This document shows, in pieces, positions 1-11,041 of a stretch of 64,000 nucleotides of DNA. The notes beneath the pieces are model-generated. The model ran no database searches. It saw only the letters and a list, made by a program, of their open reading frames with translations, and had not been told where the DNA came from. Each line of letters opens with the position of its first letter. Positions within the stretch are counted from its first letter, which is position 1. The stretch is from an uncultured Lentisphaeraceae bacterium (lineage in GTDB: Bacteria; Verrucomicrobiota; Kiritimatiellia; RFP12; DVOR01): positions 6,865 through 70,864 of the forward strand of contig CASDPK010000003.1 in the NCBI GenBank assembly GCA_949282555.1, written 5' to 3'. The position numbers were made by a program, and so were the translations under genes.

Positions 1-2049
1 ATTCGGAATATCGGCATCGTCGCCCACATCGACGCGGGCAAGACGACGACAACCGAACGCATCCTCTTTTACGCCGGCATGACCCACCGCCTCGGCAATG
101 TGGACGAGGGGAACACGGTCACGGACTGGATGATTCAGGAACGCGAGCGCGGCATCACCATCACGTCGGCCGCGATCACCTGCGCGTGGCGCGGCACCCA
201 AATCAATCTCATCGACACTCCCGGACACGTCGACTTCACCATTGAGGTCGAGCGTGCGCTTCGTGTTTTGGACGGGGCGGTGGGGGTGTTTTGCGCGGTG
301 GGCGGGGTGCAGCCGCAGTCGGAGACGGTGTGGCGGCAGGCCAACCGTCATCACGTGGCGCGCATCGCCTTTGTGAACAAGATGGACCGCATGGGGGCGG
401 ATTTCGCCCGCGCGGTGGCCGAGATGCGCGAGAAGCTGGGCGCGAACGCGGTGGCGGCGATGTTGCCGGTGGGCGCGGCGGAGACGTATGCCGGGGAGAT
501 CGATTTGATTTCGATGCGCCAACGGCGCTATCTGGACGCGGAAGGCAAGACCTTTGAGGATGTGCCGGTGCCCGCGGAGATGGCGGCGGAGGCCCAGGCG
601 GCGCATGAGGCGCTGTTGGAGGCGTTGGCGGAGGTGGATGAGCCCTTCATGGAGGCTTATCTGGAGAATCCCGAGCAGGATGCGGCGACGGTGCGGGCGG
701 CTTTGCGGCGCGCGGTGATCGCGCAGACGTTGGTGCCGGTGCTGTGCGGTTCGTCGCTCAAGAATCGGGGTACGCAGGCGCTGCTGGATGCGGTGGTCGA
801 TTATCTCCCCTCCCCGGATGAGCGGCAGGCGCCGGTGGGCATCCATGTGCGGACCGAGGCGCCGACCGAGGTGGAGATGGCGGTGACGGCGCCGCTCTCC
901 GCGCTGGTCTTCAAAATCGCGACCGATCCTTATGTGGGGCGGCTCTTCTTCGTGCGCGTGTATGGCGGCACGTTGAAGAAGGGGCAGAACGTCTACAACC
1001 CGCGCACCCGCAAGCGTGAGCGCGTGATGAAGCTGCTGCGCGTGAAGTCCGACGAGGAAGAGGAGCTGGAGACGCTCGGCGCCGGGGACATCGGCGCGGT
1101 GGTGGGCCTGAAGGAGGCCACGACGGGCGACACGCTCTGCGCGGAGAATCAGCCGGTGGCCCTGATGGGCATCACGGCGCCTGAGCCGGTGATGTTCATG
1201 GCCATTGAGCCGAAGAGCACGGCGGAGAAGGACAAGCTGGCCGCGGCATTGGGTCAGCTGGCCGCCGAGGACCCGACGTGTCAGGTGAGAACCGACGCGG
1301 AGACGGGACAGATGATTTTGTGCGGGATGGGAGAGCTCCATTTGGAGATTCTCGTGGACCGCCTGAAACGCGAATTCAATGTGACGGCGAATACGGGCAA
1401 GCCGATGGTCTCTTATTATGAGACCGTGTCGGCGGTTGCCCGCCGGACGTATACGTTCGATCGGGAGATCGCGGGGCGGCGCCATTGCGCGACGCTCACG
1501 CTGGAGGTCTCCCCGCTCGAACGCGGCAAGGGAAGGCAGGCCGCGGTTGCCAAGTCGGTGACGAAGCGCTTGCCAAAACCTGAGTATTCTGCTATCATCA
1601 CTGACGCTTTATTGGACGCAATAGCGACCGGCGTGCTGGCACGCTTCCCGATGACCGACGTGCGAGCGGAAGTCGTCGATTGCGCCCTATTGGACGAAGA
1701 GACGGCTTCGGACGTGGCTTTCAGAAGCGCGGCCGTAATGGGATTCCGGGAGGCGGCCATGGCCGCGCAGCCCGAATTGCTGGAGCCGATCATGTCCCTC
1801 GACATCGTGACGCCGCCTGAGTACGTGGGCGACATCATGGGGGACATCAACGGCCGCCGCGGCCAGGTGCGTGACATGGAGATGAAGGGTGACCTTCAGG
1901 AAGTCCACGCGCTGGTGCCTCTGGCGGAACTGTTTGGGTATGCCACGGCGATCCGTTCGCTCTCGCGCGGACGAGCCAGCCACACGATGGAGGCCGGCGC
2001 GTTCGCGGTGGTGCCCAAAACGGTCAAGGAAGAACTACTCAACAGGTAA
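1..2049 (+). CDS. fusA: Elongation factor G, 5'-truncated at window edge
   Basis: Frame is open from nt 1. N-terminal GTPase motifs ([17 protein letters not shown]) and the rest of the translation match EF-G. Stop TAA at 2047-2049. Confidence 0.93.
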   Translation: MRNIGIVAHIDAGKTTTTERILFYAGMTHRLGNVDEGNTVTDWMIQERERGITITSAAITCAWRGTQINLIDTPGHVDFTIEVERALRVLDGAVGVFCAVGGVQPQSETVWRQANRHHVARIAFVNKMDRMGADFARAVAEMREKLGANAVAAMLPVGAAETYAGEIDLISMRQRRYLDAEGKTFEDVPVPAEMAAEAQAAHEALLEALAEVDEPFMEAYLENPEQDAATVRAALRRAVIAQTLVPVLCGSSLKNRGTQALLDAVVDYLPSPDERQAPVGIHVRTEAPTEVEMAVTAPLSALVFKIATDPYVGRLFFVRVYGGTLKKGQNVYNPRTRKRERVMKLLRVKSDEEEELETLGAGDIGAVVGLKEATTGDTLCAENQPVALMGITAPEPVMFMAIEPKSTAEKDKLAAALGQLAAEDPTCQVRTDAETGQMILCGMGELHLEILVDRLKREFNVTANTGKPMVSYYETVSAVARRTYTFDREIAGRRHCATLTLEVSPLERGKGRQAAVAKSVTKRLPKPEYSAIITDALLDAIATGVLARFPMTDVRAEVVDCALLDEETASDVAFRSAAVMGFREAAMAAQPELLEPIMSLDIVTPPEYVGDIMGDINGRRGQVRDMEMKGDLQEVHALVPLAELFGYATAIRSLSRGRASHTMEAGAFAVVPKTVKEELLNR

Positions 2050-2056
2050 TGTGAGA

Positions 2057-2365
2057 ATGCAAAGTCAGCGCATACGCATTCGCTTGCAGGCGTACGACCA
2101 CAAGGTGCTGGATCAGGCCGTGGGTGCCATCCTCGACACGGCCCGCAGCACCGGCGCCCAGATCGTGGGCCCGATCCCGCTCCCGACCCGGGTTGAGCGT
2201 TTCACGGTGAACCGCTCCCCGCACGTGGACAAGAAGTCCATGGACCAGTTCGAGATGCGCACGCACAAGCGTCTGCTGGACATCGTGGGCCCGACGGCGA
2301 AGACCGTCGATGAGCTCAAGAAGTTGAACCTGCCTGCCGGCGTGGACATCACGATTCGCATCTAA
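2057..2365 (+). CDS. rpsJ: 30S ribosomal protein S10
   Basis: ATG at 2057. Translation [19 protein letters not shown]... matches S10. First gene of the S10 operon. Confidence 0.95.
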   Translation: MQSQRIRIRLQAYDHKVLDQAVGAILDTARSTGAQIVGPIPLPTRVERFTVNRSPHVDKKSMDQFEMRTHKRLLDIVGPTAKTVDELKKLNLPAGVDITIRI

Positions 2366-2370
2366 GGAGG

Positions 2371-3012
2371 ATGACCATGCAAGGCTTGATTGGCAAGAAA
2401 ATCGGCATGACCCAGATTTGGGACGACAACGGCGTCGCGGTTCCCGTGACGGTCGTTGAGGTCGGTCCCTGCCCTGTCGTCCAGGTCAAGACCCTCGAGA
2501 AGGATGGCTACGCGGCCGCTCAGCTCGGCTTCGAGCCCCAGAAGGCGCAGCGCCTCTCCAAGGCCGAGCGCGTCCGTTTCGAGAAGGCGGGCGTCGAGAC
2601 CCAGAAGGTCCTTTCCGAGTTCGCCCCGGACGCCGCCGATGAGGTGAAGGCCGGTGACGTTCTCACCGCTTCCGTTTTCGAAGGCGTCGCGTACGTGGAC
2701 GTGCAGGCGACCACCAAGGGCCGCGGCTTCGCGGGCGTGGTGCGCCGCTTCCGTTTCGCCGGCGGCCCCCACGGGCACGGCGGTCACTCCAAGCGCCGCC
2801 CCGGCGGCATCGCGGCCCGTGACCTCCCCGGCTGGGTGGAGAAGGGCAAGAAGATGCCTGGGCACATGGGTTGCGTTGTGCGCACCACCCAGAACATCCG
2901 CGTGGCCAAGCTCGTTGCCGAGGAGAATCTCATCCTCCTGCACGGCGCGGTTCCCGGCCCCAACGGCGGCATCGTCCGTGTGACGAAGGCTCTCAAGAAG
3001 GCTTCCAAATAA
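2371..3012 (+). CDS. rplC: 50S ribosomal protein L3
   Basis: RBS aaggagg lies upstream. Translation MTMQGLIGKKIGMTQIWDD... matches L3. Confidence 0.95.
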   Translation: MTMQGLIGKKIGMTQIWDDNGVAVPVTVVEVGPCPVVQVKTLEKDGYAAAQLGFEPQKAQRLSKAERVRFEKAGVETQKVLSEFAPDAADEVKAGDVLTASVFEGVAYVDVQATTKGRGFAGVVRRFRFAGGPHGHGGHSKRRPGGIAARDLPGWVEKGKKMPGHMGCVVRTTQNIRVAKLVAEENLILLHGAVPGPNGGIVRVTKALKKASK

Positions 3013-3677
3013 TGAGCACGATCAAAGTTTACGACAAGACCGGCGCCGCGACGGGCGAGAAGACCGTCGATGGGGCGCAGCTCGTCCTCGACCGCGGCGA
3101 ACAGGCCGTGAAGGACACCGTCGTGGCCATCCTGAACGGCTACCGTGCGGGCACGGCCAAGACCAAGAACAAGTCCGAGGTCTCGGGCACCGGCAAGAAG
3201 CCGTGGAAGCAGAAGGGCACCGGCCGCGCCTCCTTCGGCAGCAGCCGCAACCCCGTGTGGCGTGGCGGCGGCGTGGCCTTCGGCCCCGTGCCCCGCGACT
3301 ACTCCCAGAAGGTGAACAAGAAGGTTTCCGCCCTCGCGTTCGCCCGCGCGCTGAGCGACAAGATTGCCTCCGGCGAACTCTGCGTCATCGACTCCCTGAA
3401 CTACGAGGAGCCGAAGACCAAGGTGGCCGCGGCCATGTTCAAGGCCATGGGCATCGAGCGTTCCTGCCTGGTGATCGTCGATGACGACGCGCTGGCCGGC
3501 GACGCGAACGACAACTTCTTCTTGGCGGTGGGCAACCTCCCCAACGTGGGTGTGGCCGCCGCCGGTGAGACCGACGTCTACATGCTCTGCCGCTTCAAGA
3601 ACATTGTGGTCACCGCCAAGGCGTTCGAGGCCCTTGAGGCCCGTTTGGCGCGCGTGACCGGAAAGGCGGACAAGTAA
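3012..3677 (+). CDS. rplD: 50S ribosomal protein L4
   Basis: ATG at 3012 overlaps the rplC stop. Translation MSTIKVYDKTGAATGEK... matches L4. Confidence 0.93.
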   Translation: MSTIKVYDKTGAATGEKTVDGAQLVLDRGEQAVKDTVVAILNGYRAGTAKTKNKSEVSGTGKKPWKQKGTGRASFGSSRNPVWRGGGVAFGPVPRDYSQKVNKKVSALAFARALSDKIASGELCVIDSLNYEEPKTKVAAAMFKAMGIERSCLVIVDDDALAGDANDNFFLAVGNLPNVGVAAAGETDVYMLCRFKNIVVTAKAFEALEARLARVTGKADK

Positions 3678-3678
3678 C

Positions 3679-3951
3679 ATGAAGACCATTATCCGCAAGG
3701 TTTCCGTGACCGAGAAGGGCACCCTGATCGGCGCGAAGAACCAGTACATGCTTGAAGTCGCGCCCTCCGCGACCAAGCCCGAGATCCGCACGGCGGTGGA
3801 ATCCCAGTTCGGCGTGCACGTGTTGAGCGTGAACACCGCGAACTACCGCAGCCGCACCGTCCCCACCCGCACGCGCCGCACCACCCAGACCCAGGCCTGG
3901 AAGCGTGCGATCGTGACGCTGCGTGACGGTGAGCGTATCGAAATCGTCTAA
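3679..3951 (+). CDS. rplW: 50S ribosomal protein L23
   Basis: Translation [15 protein letters not shown]... matches L23. Confidence 0.93.
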   Translation: MKTIIRKVSVTEKGTLIGAKNQYMLEVAPSATKPEIRTAVESQFGVHVLSVNTANYRSRTVPTRTRRTTQTQAWKRAIVTLRDGERIEIV

Positions 3952-3974
3952 CACTGCCAAAGGACACCCTATCT

Positions 3975-4799
3975 ATGGCACTGAAAAGCTATAAGCCCCG
4001 CAGCTGCGGCATGCGCTTTCGCGTCACCCAGGTGCGCACCCACCTCTCCAAGGAGAAGCCGGTTGCCCACCTGACGCTCGCGAAGAACGGCTGCGCCGGG
4101 CGCAACAACCAGGGCCGCATCACCGTCCGCCATCGCGGAGGTGGTGTGCGCCGTCGTTTCCGCATCGTGGATTTCCTCCGCGACAAGCATGGCATCCCCG
4201 CGAAGGTGGCCGCCCTCTGCTATGATCCCAACCGCACCGCGAACCTGGCGCTCCTGAACTACGCCGACGGCGAGAAGCGCTACATCCTGGCCCCCGAGGG
4301 CTTGAAGGTGGGTGCGACGGTCGTCTCCGGCCCCGAGGCCGAGCCGACGGTGGGCAATGCCCTTCCGCTCGGGAAGATCCCGCTGGGCATGGCGCTGCAC
4401 AACATCGAACTCGTGCCCGGCCGCGGCGCGCAGATGGCCCGCTCCGCCGGTTGCAGCTGCACGCTCATGGCCCGCGCCAACGGCATGGCCACCCTGCGCT
4501 TGCCTTCCGGCGAAATCCGCTTGGTGCCCTGCGCCTGCATGGCGACCATCGGCGTGGTGGGTGAGGGCGATTGGTCGGGCGTCAAGCTCGGCAAGGCCGG
4601 CCGTAAGCGCCACTTGGGCATCCGCCCGACCGTGCGCGGTGTGGCGATGAACCCGGTGGATCACCCGATGGGTGGTGGTGAAGGCCGCACCTCCGGTGGC
4701 AGCCACCCCCGTAGCCCTTGGGGCAAGCTCGCCAAGGGCGGCAAGACCCGCAACCGCCGCAAGAACAGCAATCGCTTCATCGTCAAGCGGAGAAAGTAA
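3975..4799 (+). CDS. rplB: 50S ribosomal protein L2
   Basis: Translation [17 protein letters not shown]... matches L2. Confidence 0.95.
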   Translation: MALKSYKPRSCGMRFRVTQVRTHLSKEKPVAHLTLAKNGCAGRNNQGRITVRHRGGGVRRRFRIVDFLRDKHGIPAKVAALCYDPNRTANLALLNYADGEKRYILAPEGLKVGATVVSGPEAEPTVGNALPLGKIPLGMALHNIELVPGRGAQMARSAGCSCTLMARANGMATLRLPSGEIRLVPCACMATIGVVGEGDWSGVKLGKAGRKRHLGIRPTVRGVAMNPVDHPMGGGEGRTSGGSHPRSPWGKLAKGGKTRNRRKNSNRFIVKRRK

Positions 4800-4805
4800 T
4801 CCACT

Positions 4806-5084
4806 ATGGCACGTTCGATCAAGAAAGGCCCCTACGTCGAGTCTTCCCTTCTTCGGAAGGTCGAGAAGATGAACGCTTCGGGCAAGAAGTTGCCGATCAA
4901 GACCTGGTCGCGCCGCTCGATGGTGCTTCCCGAGTTCGTCGGGCACACCTTTGCCATCCACAACGGCAAGCAGCACATGCCGGTGTTCATCACCGAGAAC
5001 ATGGTTGGGCACCGTTTGGGCGAGTTCTCCAACACCCGCACCTTCAAGGCCCACGGCGGCCTCACCGAGAAGGCTGGCCGCTAA
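4806..5084 (+). CDS. rpsS: 30S ribosomal protein S19
   Basis: Translation [19 protein letters not shown]... matches S19. Confidence 0.95.
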   Translation: MARSIKKGPYVESSLLRKVEKMNASGKKLPIKTWSRRSMVLPEFVGHTFAIHNGKQHMPVFITENMVGHRLGEFSNTRTFKAHGGLTEKAGR

Positions 5085-5090
5085 GGAGGT

Positions 5091-5429
5091 ATGACCATGG
5101 AAGTGAAAGCCATCGCCCGCAACCTCCGCATCTCTGTGCGTAAGGCCCGCCCCATCGCCCGCCGCGTGCAGGGCCTGAAGCTCGCCGACGCGCTCGCCGT
5201 GGCGGACTTCAGCCCGCTCAAGGCCGCAGGGTTCCTCGCCTCCGCGTTGCGCTCCGCCGCCGCGAACGCCCGGAACAACAACAATCTCGACCCCGAGACG
5301 CTGACGGTCAAGAAGGCCGTCTTCGACGAGGGCGCCCGCATGAAACGCTATTGGTGCGGAGCCCGCGGCAGCGCCAAGCCGATTCAGAAGAAGCTCAGCC
5401 ACCTCACCGTGGTGCTGACGAACGAGTAA
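5091..5429 (+). CDS. rplV: 50S ribosomal protein L22
   Basis: RBS ggagg lies upstream. Translation matches L22. Confidence 0.93.
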   Translation: MTMEVKAIARNLRISVRKARPIARRVQGLKLADALAVADFSPLKAAGFLASALRSAAANARNNNNLDPETLTVKKAVFDEGARMKRYWCGARGSAKPIQKKLSHLTVVLTNE

Positions 5430-5443
5430 ACCAGGAGTCTACC

Positions 5444-6133
5444 TTGGGACAGAAAGTCAACCCTATCGGCTTCCGCATTGCCCTGAACAAGCAGTGGCAG
5501 TCGCGTTGGTTCGCCAAGAAGCAGGACTTCGGCCTGAACCTGGCCGAGGACACCAAGATCCGCGAGACCGTGCGCAAGGCGATTGAAGGCGCCGCCATCA
5601 CCAAGATCGGCATTGAGCGCTTCGCCAACCGCGTCCGCGTGGTCATCTTCTCCGCCCGCCCCGGCGTGATCGTCGGGCGCAAGGGCCAGGACGTCGAGAA
5701 GCTCAAGGCCACCTTGGCCAAGAGCACCGGCAAGGAAATCTACCTGGACATCCAGGAGGTCCGCACCCCCGACGCCGACGCCCAGCTGGTGGCCGAGAGC
5801 ATCGCCCAGCAGATTGAGCACCGCATCGCCGTGAAGCGCGCGATCAAGCGCGCCGAGAAGACGGCGATGGAGCTCGGCGTGGACGGCATCAAGATCCGTT
5901 GCTCGGGCCGTATCAACGGCGCTGAGATCTCCCGCGTGGAGTGGAGCAAGAAGGGCAAGGTGCCCTTGCATACGCTGCGCGCCAACATTGACTATGGCTT
6001 TGTGGAAGCCAACACCACCGCCGGCAAGATCGGCGTGAAGGTGTGGATCTGCAAGCGCGACGATTTCCAGCCTGCCCGCCAGACGCGCGGCGGCGACCGT
6101 GGAAGGAGGAATTCTTATGCCTCTCATGCCTAA
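5444..6133 (+). CDS. rpsC: 30S ribosomal protein S3 (TTG start inferred)
   Basis: Conserved S3 N-terminus [10 protein letters not shown] begins at TTG 5444, 6 nt after RBS caggag. The longer upstream ORF extension overlaps rplV. Confidence 0.85.
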   Translation: MGQKVNPIGFRIALNKQWQSRWFAKKQDFGLNLAEDTKIRETVRKAIEGAAITKIGIERFANRVRVVIFSARPGVIVGRKGQDVEKLKATLAKSTGKEIYLDIQEVRTPDADAQLVAESIAQQIEHRIAVKRAIKRAEKTAMELGVDGIKIRCSGRINGAEISRVEWSKKGKVPLHTLRANIDYGFVEANTTAGKIGVKVWICKRDDFQPARQTRGGDRGRRNSYASHA

Positions 6134-6524
6134 ACGCGTGAAGCACCGCAAAGTCTCGAAGGGTTCCCGCAAGGGCTTCGCGACCAGCGGCGAGAAGCTC
6201 GCTTACGGCGAGTTCGGCATCAAGGCGCTCGGCCGCGGCTGGGTGACCAACACCCAGATCGAGGCCTGCCGCGTGGCGATCAACCGCCACATGAAGCGCA
6301 AAGGCAAACTTTGGGTGCGCATCTTCCCGGACAAGCCGGTGACAAAGAAACCCATCGAAGTGCGTATGGGATCGGGTAAGGGCAACCCTGAGTTTTGGGT
6401 GGCCGTTGTCCTCCCCGGCAAGGTCCTCTTTGAGGTGGGCGGCATTCCCGAGTCCTTGGCCCGTGCGTGCCTGCGCTTGGCCGACACGAAGCTCGGCATC
6501 CGCACGCAGCTCGTCAGCCGCTAA
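6117..6524 (+). CDS. rplP: 50S ribosomal protein L16
   Basis: RBS aaggagga lies upstream. Translation [12 protein letters not shown]... matches L16. Confidence 0.93.
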   Translation: MPLMPKRVKHRKVSKGSRKGFATSGEKLAYGEFGIKALGRGWVTNTQIEACRVAINRHMKRKGKLWVRIFPDKPVTKKPIEVRMGSGKGNPEFWVAVVLPGKVLFEVGGIPESLARACLRLADTKLGIRTQLVSR

Positions 6525-6538
6525 TCCGGAGAACGCCC

Positions 6539-6736
6539 ATGAAGACCGCTGAAATCAAAGAACTCGGCGCCGAGGCGCTGGCGGCCCTGATCCAGGACAA
6601 GGAATCCGAGCTGCGCACCCTCCGCCTGAAGCACAACTCCACCCAGGGCATCGAGGCCCCCGGCCGTCTCGCCAAGTTGCGCAAGGACATTGCGCAACTC
6701 AAGACCGTGGCCAACCAGAAGAAGGTGAACAAATGA
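6539..6736 (+). CDS. rpmC: 50S ribosomal protein L29
   Basis: Translation [14 protein letters not shown]...LRLKHN matches L29. Confidence 0.9.
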   Translation: MKTAEIKELGAEALAALIQDKESELRTLRLKHNSTQGIEAPGRLAKLRKDIAQLKTVANQKKVNK

Positions 6737-6996
6737 GCGAAACTACTGTCGAGCGCGGATCGCGCAAGGTGCGTAAGGGCACCGTCGTCAGCAAGTCCGG
6801 AGACAAGTCGATCATCGTGCGCGTTGAGCGCCGCATGCTCCATCCCGTCTACGGCAAGGTCGTGAGGGCTTTCAACAAGTTCCACGCCCATGACGAGGGG
6901 AACACCGCCAAGGTCGGCGACACCGTCGTCATCATGGAAACCCGCCCGCTAAGCAAGACCAAGCGCTGGCGCCTGGTCTCCGTCGAGGAGAAGTAA
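6733..6996 (+). CDS. rpsQ: 30S ribosomal protein S17
   Basis: ATGA overlap with the rpmC stop. Translation matches S17. Confidence 0.93.
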   Translation: MSETTVERGSRKVRKGTVVSKSGDKSIIVRVERRMLHPVYGKVVRAFNKFHAHDEGNTAKVGDTVVIMETRPLSKTKRWRLVSVEEK

Positions 6997-6999
6997 GCC

Positions 7000-7365
7000 A
7001 TGATCATGGAAGAAAGCAAGCTGGTGGTTGCGGACAACACCGGCGCAAAGATTGCCAAGTGCTTCCGCGTCCTCGGCCAGCGCAAGCGCACCGCCGGGGT
7101 GGGGGACATCATCCGCGTCTCCATCCAGGATGCCTCTCCCACGGGCGCCGTGAAGAAGGGCCAGGTCTGCTTCGCGCTTATCGTGCGCACCGCGCACCCG
7201 ATCGCGCGCCCGGATGGTTCTTATGTGCGGTTCGACCAGAACGCGTGCGTCATCGTCGACGCCAAGCACAACCCGATGGGTACCCGCATTTTTGGACCTG
7301 TGGCGCGTGAACTGCGCGACAAGGGCCAGATGAAGGTTGTCTCCCTCGCGCCCGAAGTGGTGTGA
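7000..7365 (+). CDS. rplN: 50S ribosomal protein L14
   Basis: Translation [17 protein letters not shown]... matches L14. Confidence 0.95.
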   Translation: MIMEESKLVVADNTGAKIAKCFRVLGQRKRTAGVGDIIRVSIQDASPTGAVKKGQVCFALIVRTAHPIARPDGSYVRFDQNACVIVDAKHNPMGTRIFGPVARELRDKGQMKVVSLAPEVV

Positions 7366-7483
7366 GGCGAGGTTGCCGCTTCGTGACCGCAGGTAATACG
7401 TAAGCGTAAGCCGGGAGCCCCATAAGGAAGAACGGGACGTTTGCGAACTGCGTTTGTTACAACAGCGAGTTACGGAAAAGAAC

Positions 7484-7801
7484 ATGAGTATCGCAAGGAT
7501 CAAAAAGAACGACACGGTCATCGTGATTGCCGGAGCCGACAAGGGCAAGACCGGCAAGGTCACGGCCGTGAACCCGAAGAAGGGCACCGCCCTTGTTGAG
7601 GGTCTGCGCCTGGTCAAGAAGACCATCCGCCGCACCGAGCAGACCCCCCAGGGGGGAATCGTGGACCGTGAGGCCCCCATTCAGCTCTCCAACCTGATGC
7701 CCTACGACGCCGACAAGAAGGCCGGCAGCCGCATCAGCCGCACCAAGAACGGTGAGAAGACCGTCCGCACCCTCAAGACCTCCGGCAAGGCGCTGGACTA
7801 A
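7484..7801 (+). CDS. rplX: 50S ribosomal protein L24
   Basis: ATG at 7484. Translation MSIARIKKNDTVIVIAG... (KOW domain) matches L24. Confidence 0.9.
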   Translation: MSIARIKKNDTVIVIAGADKGKTGKVTAVNPKKGTALVEGLRLVKKTIRRTEQTPQGGIVDREAPIQLSNLMPYDADKKAGSRISRTKNGEKTVRTLKTSGKALD

Positions 7802-7812
7802 GGAGCTGAGAT

Positions 7813-8343
7813 ATGGCTAACCTGAAAGAGACCTACGCCAAGGACATCGTCCCCGCGCTCAAGCAGAAGTTGGGCGTGACGAACCCGATGCTGGTGCCCC
7901 GCCTCGTCAAGATCGTGGTGAACATGGGCTTCGGCATTGTGGAAAAGGACACTCAGAAGCAGATCGTCCAGGATCTTGAGGCGATCACCGGCCAGAAGGC
8001 CGTGCTCTGCAAGGCCCACAAGAGCATCTCCAACTTCAAGCTCCGCGAGGGCATGGTGATCGGCGCCAAGGTGACGCTGCGCGGCAACCGCATGTACGAG
8101 TTCGCCGAGCGTTTCTTCAACGCCACGCTTCCCCGCATCCGCGACTTCCGCGGCGTGCCGAATCGCGGCTTTGACAAGGCGGGCAACTACACGATGGGTC
8201 TGAAGGAATACGTGACCTTCCCCGAAATCACCGCCGTGAGCTCCGCTTCGGGCCTCGACATCACGTTCGTCACCACCGCCAAGGACAAGGACAGCTCGAA
8301 GGCGCTCCTTGAGGCGCTGGGCATGCCCTTCATGGGCCGCTAA
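7813..8343 (+). CDS. rplE: 50S ribosomal protein L5
   Basis: Translation [16 protein letters not shown]... matches L5. Confidence 0.95.
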   Translation: MANLKETYAKDIVPALKQKLGVTNPMLVPRLVKIVVNMGFGIVEKDTQKQIVQDLEAITGQKAVLCKAHKSISNFKLREGMVIGAKVTLRGNRMYEFAERFFNATLPRIRDFRGVPNRGFDKAGNYTMGLKEYVTFPEITAVSSASGLDITFVTTAKDKDSSKALLEALGMPFMGR

Positions 8344-8354
8344 GGAGTAAAGAC

Positions 8355-8540
8355 ATGGCTAAGACCTCTTTGATCGTCAAGGCGGCGCGCAAGCCGAAGT
8401 TCGGCGTCCGTGCGTACACCCGTTGCTCCCGTTGCGGTCGCCCTCACAGCGTCATCCGCAAGTTCCGCCTCTGCCGTCTCTGCTTCCGTGAGATGGCGCT
8501 CAATGGCGAGATCCCCGGCATCACCAAGGCCAGCTGGTAA
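8355..8540 (+). CDS. rpsN: 30S ribosomal protein S14, Zn-ribbon type Z
   Basis: 61 aa with the CxxC...CxxC zinc ribbon ([20 protein letters not shown]). Confidence 0.92.
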   Translation: MAKTSLIVKAARKPKFGVRAYTRCSRCGRPHSVIRKFRLCRLCFREMALNGEIPGITKASW

Positions 8541-8558
8541 GAGAGAGGACACACGAAA

Positions 8559-8951
8559 ATGATGACCGATCCCATTTCCGACATGCTGGTGCGCATCCGC
8601 AACGCGCAGAAGGCCCGTCACCCCGAGGTGGCGATGCCCGGTTCGCGGATCAAGGGCGAGATCGCCCGCGTGCTGAAGGAAGAAGGCTACATCGCCGATT
8701 ATTCCATGGTGGGCGACACGAAGCGTACGCTGACCATTGAGCTGAAGTACAGCGACCGCGCTGAGCCGGCCATCCGTGGCCTTGAGCGCGTCTCCCGCCC
8801 CGGTCTGCGCCGTTTCTGCGGCTACACCGACATCCCGAAGGTCCTCGGCGGCCTGGGCATCGCGGTGCTCAGCACGTCCGGCGGCATCATGAGCGGCAAG
8901 ACCGCCCGCGAGCGCAAGCTCGGCGGCGAGCTGCTCTGCACCATCTGGTAA
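8559..8951 (+). CDS. rpsH: 30S ribosomal protein S8
   Basis: Translation MMTDPISDMLVRIRNA... matches S8. Confidence 0.95.
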   Translation: MMTDPISDMLVRIRNAQKARHPEVAMPGSRIKGEIARVLKEEGYIADYSMVGDTKRTLTIELKYSDRAEPAIRGLERVSRPGLRRFCGYTDIPKVLGGLGIAVLSTSGGIMSGKTARERKLGGELLCTIW

Positions 8952-8963
8952 AGGAGCATTCAC

Positions 8964-9503
8964 ATGTCTCGTATCGGCAAGCAGCCCATCACCATCCCTG
9001 CCGGGGTGACCGTTTCGGTCGCCAACGGCAATGAGGTGACCGTCAAGGGCCCCAAGGGCGAGCTTTCGCGCGCCTTCCAGAAGGGCATCACCGTGAAGGT
9101 CGAAGGTTCCGAGGTTCTCGTGACCCGTGCCGACGACTCCCGGGCCCAGAAGAGCTTCCATGGTTTGACCCGCACGCTCGTGAAGAACATGATCGAGGGC
9201 GTCACCAAGGGCTACACCCGTGAACTCGTCATCGAGGGCACCGGCTTCAAGGCCGCCGTTCAGGGCGGCAAGGCCATCCTGACCCTCGGTTTCGCCTCTC
9301 CCAAGGAGTATCTCATTCCCGAGGGCGTCACCGTCACCGTCACGGCTGACGTGAACGTGAAGGTCGAGGGGAACGACAAGCAGCAGGTCGGTGAGGCCGC
9401 TGCCCGCATCCGCTCGTACTATCCCGCCGAGCCTTACAAGGGCAAGGGTATCCGCTACAAGGACGAGAAGATCCGCCGCAAGGAAGGCAAGACCGTGGCG
9501 TAA
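8964..9503 (+). CDS. rplF: 50S ribosomal protein L6
   Basis: RBS aaggag lies upstream. Translation MSRIGKQPITIPAGV... matches L6. Confidence 0.95.
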   Translation: MSRIGKQPITIPAGVTVSVANGNEVTVKGPKGELSRAFQKGITVKVEGSEVLVTRADDSRAQKSFHGLTRTLVKNMIEGVTKGYTRELVIEGTGFKAAVQGGKAILTLGFASPKEYLIPEGVTVTVTADVNVKVEGNDKQQVGEAAARIRSYYPAEPYKGKGIRYKDEKIRRKEGKTVA

Positions 9504-9523
9504 GCCCGGCCAGGAGAATCGTA

Positions 9524-9895
9524 ATGAGTTTGAAGAATCGCAAGGAACAGCGCGCGGCGCGCCATCTCCGGATCCGCCGCCGCATCAGCGCCGGCACCGC
9601 CGAGCGTCCGCGCATGGCCATCTTCGTCTCGAACCGCTATATGTACGTGCAGTTCATCGACGACGTGGCGATGACCACCTTGGCTTCCGCCTCCACCCTC
9701 AAGGGTGGGGTGAAGTGCAACCTCGAGGGGGCCAAGGCCCTCGGCGAGGCCGCCGCCAAGGCCGCCCAGGACAAGGGCATCAAGACCGTCGTGGTCGACC
9801 GCGCCGGCTACAAGTACCACGGCCGTGTGAAGACCATCGTGGAGTCCGCCGTTGCCGCGGGTCTCTCGATCAGCGCCAAGACGGAGGAAGCCTAA
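9524..9895 (+). CDS. rplR: 50S ribosomal protein L18
   Basis: Translation matches L18. Confidence 0.9.
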   Translation: MSLKNRKEQRAARHLRIRRRISAGTAERPRMAIFVSNRYMYVQFIDDVAMTTLASASTLKGGVKCNLEGAKALGEAAAKAAQDKGIKTVVVDRAGYKYHGRVKTIVESAVAAGLSISAKTEEA

Positions 9896-10384
9896 ATGTT
9901 GGACCGTAACAACCGTGACCGCGACGAGGCCAACGAACTCGACGAGAAGACCGTGTTCGTGAACCGTTGCGCCAAGACCGTGAAGGGCGGCCGCCGTTTC
10001 AGCTTCTCCGCCATCATCGTGGTGGGCGACAACAACGGCAAGGTGGGCCTGGGCATCGGCAAGGCCAACGAAGTGGGCGACGCCATCCGCAAGGGCGGCG
10101 ACGCGGCCCGCAAGGCCATGCGCCCGGTCTGCATGAAGGGTTCCACCATCCCGCACGAAGTGTATGGCGTGTGCGACGGCGGCAAGGTGCTTCTCAAGCC
10201 CGCGCCTGACGGCACCGGCATCATCTGCGGCGGTGCCATGCGCCCCGTGCTCGAGGCCGCCGGCATCAAGGATGTCGTCGGGAAGTCCCTCGGCTCCAAG
10301 AACCGCCTGAACGTGGTCAAGGCCACCATCGACGCGCTTCACCAGCTGCGTTCGGCCGAGACCATCGCGGCCCTCCGTGCCTAA
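9896..10384 (+). CDS. rpsE: 30S ribosomal protein S5
   Basis: S5 dsRBD-like motif ([16 protein letters not shown]) present. No rpmD (L30) follows. Confidence 0.93.
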   Translation: MLDRNNRDRDEANELDEKTVFVNRCAKTVKGGRRFSFSAIIVVGDNNGKVGLGIGKANEVGDAIRKGGDAARKAMRPVCMKGSTIPHEVYGVCDGGKVLLKPAPDGTGIICGGAMRPVLEAAGIKDVVGKSLGSKNRLNVVKATIDALHQLRSAETIAALRA

Positions 10385-10482
10385 TTTAGGGTAGGGGGCG
10401 GGCTCCGCGCGGTTCTGCCGTGTGGAGCCTCCAAGGGAAACTCCCCGCGGAACGCCCCCGATACCGGAAAGGATTTCGAGAA

Positions 10483-10929
10483 ATGGATCTCTCCACCCTC
10501 ACTAACACCCCTGGCGCCCGCAAGAGCCGCAAGCGCGTTGGCCGCGGCATGGGCTCGGGCATGGGCAAGACCTCGACCCGTGGCCACAAGGGCCAGGGCT
10601 CCCGCAAGGGCCACAAGCAGAAACTCGGCTTTGAAGGCGGCCAGATGCCCCTCATGCGCCGTCTGCCGAAGCGTGGCTTCAAGAACCCCAACCGCGTGCC
10701 CTTCTACGGCGTCAACGTCGGCGAGCTTGAGCGCTTTGACGACGGAACCGTTGTGGATATCGAGGTGCTCCTCGCCGCCGGGTTCGGCTATCGTGCCGCC
10801 AAGACCGCCGGGATCAAGATCCTCGGCGACGGCGAGCTCACCAAGAAGCTCACCGTGAAGGCTTCCGCCTTCTCCGCCACCGCCAAGGCCAAGATTGAGG
10901 CCAAGGGCGGCACCTGCGAGCAGATCTGA
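10483..10929 (+). CDS. rplO: 50S ribosomal protein L15
   Basis: ATG at 10483. Translation MDLSTLTNTPGARKSRKRVGRG... matches L15. Confidence 0.9.
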   Translation: MDLSTLTNTPGARKSRKRVGRGMGSGMGKTSTRGHKGQGSRKGHKQKLGFEGGQMPLMRRLPKRGFKNPNRVPFYGVNVGELERFDDGTVVDIEVLLAAGFGYRAAKTAGIKILGDGELTKKLTVKASAFSATAKAKIEAKGGTCEQI

Positions 10930-11041
10930 TGCCGCACATTCCCGGCCTCCCGGCGGTCTGCGCCGGGTGGCCGGCCCCTTTTTCTCCCGCGGGGGTGCCC
11001 CCGCACCATTATGGCTGAGCGCCCTGCCCCTGAGGATTTCC

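Noticed and set aside
3969-5402. 477-aa minus-strand ORF spanning rplB/rpsS/rplV. Similar long antisense ORFs lie at 8340..9161, 9455..10342, 11009..12631, 13917..15590 and 15547..16656.
   Set aside because: They are antisense to highly conserved ribosomal protein, secY and rpoA genes. High GC suppresses stop codons on the opposite strand. They carry no protein signatures.
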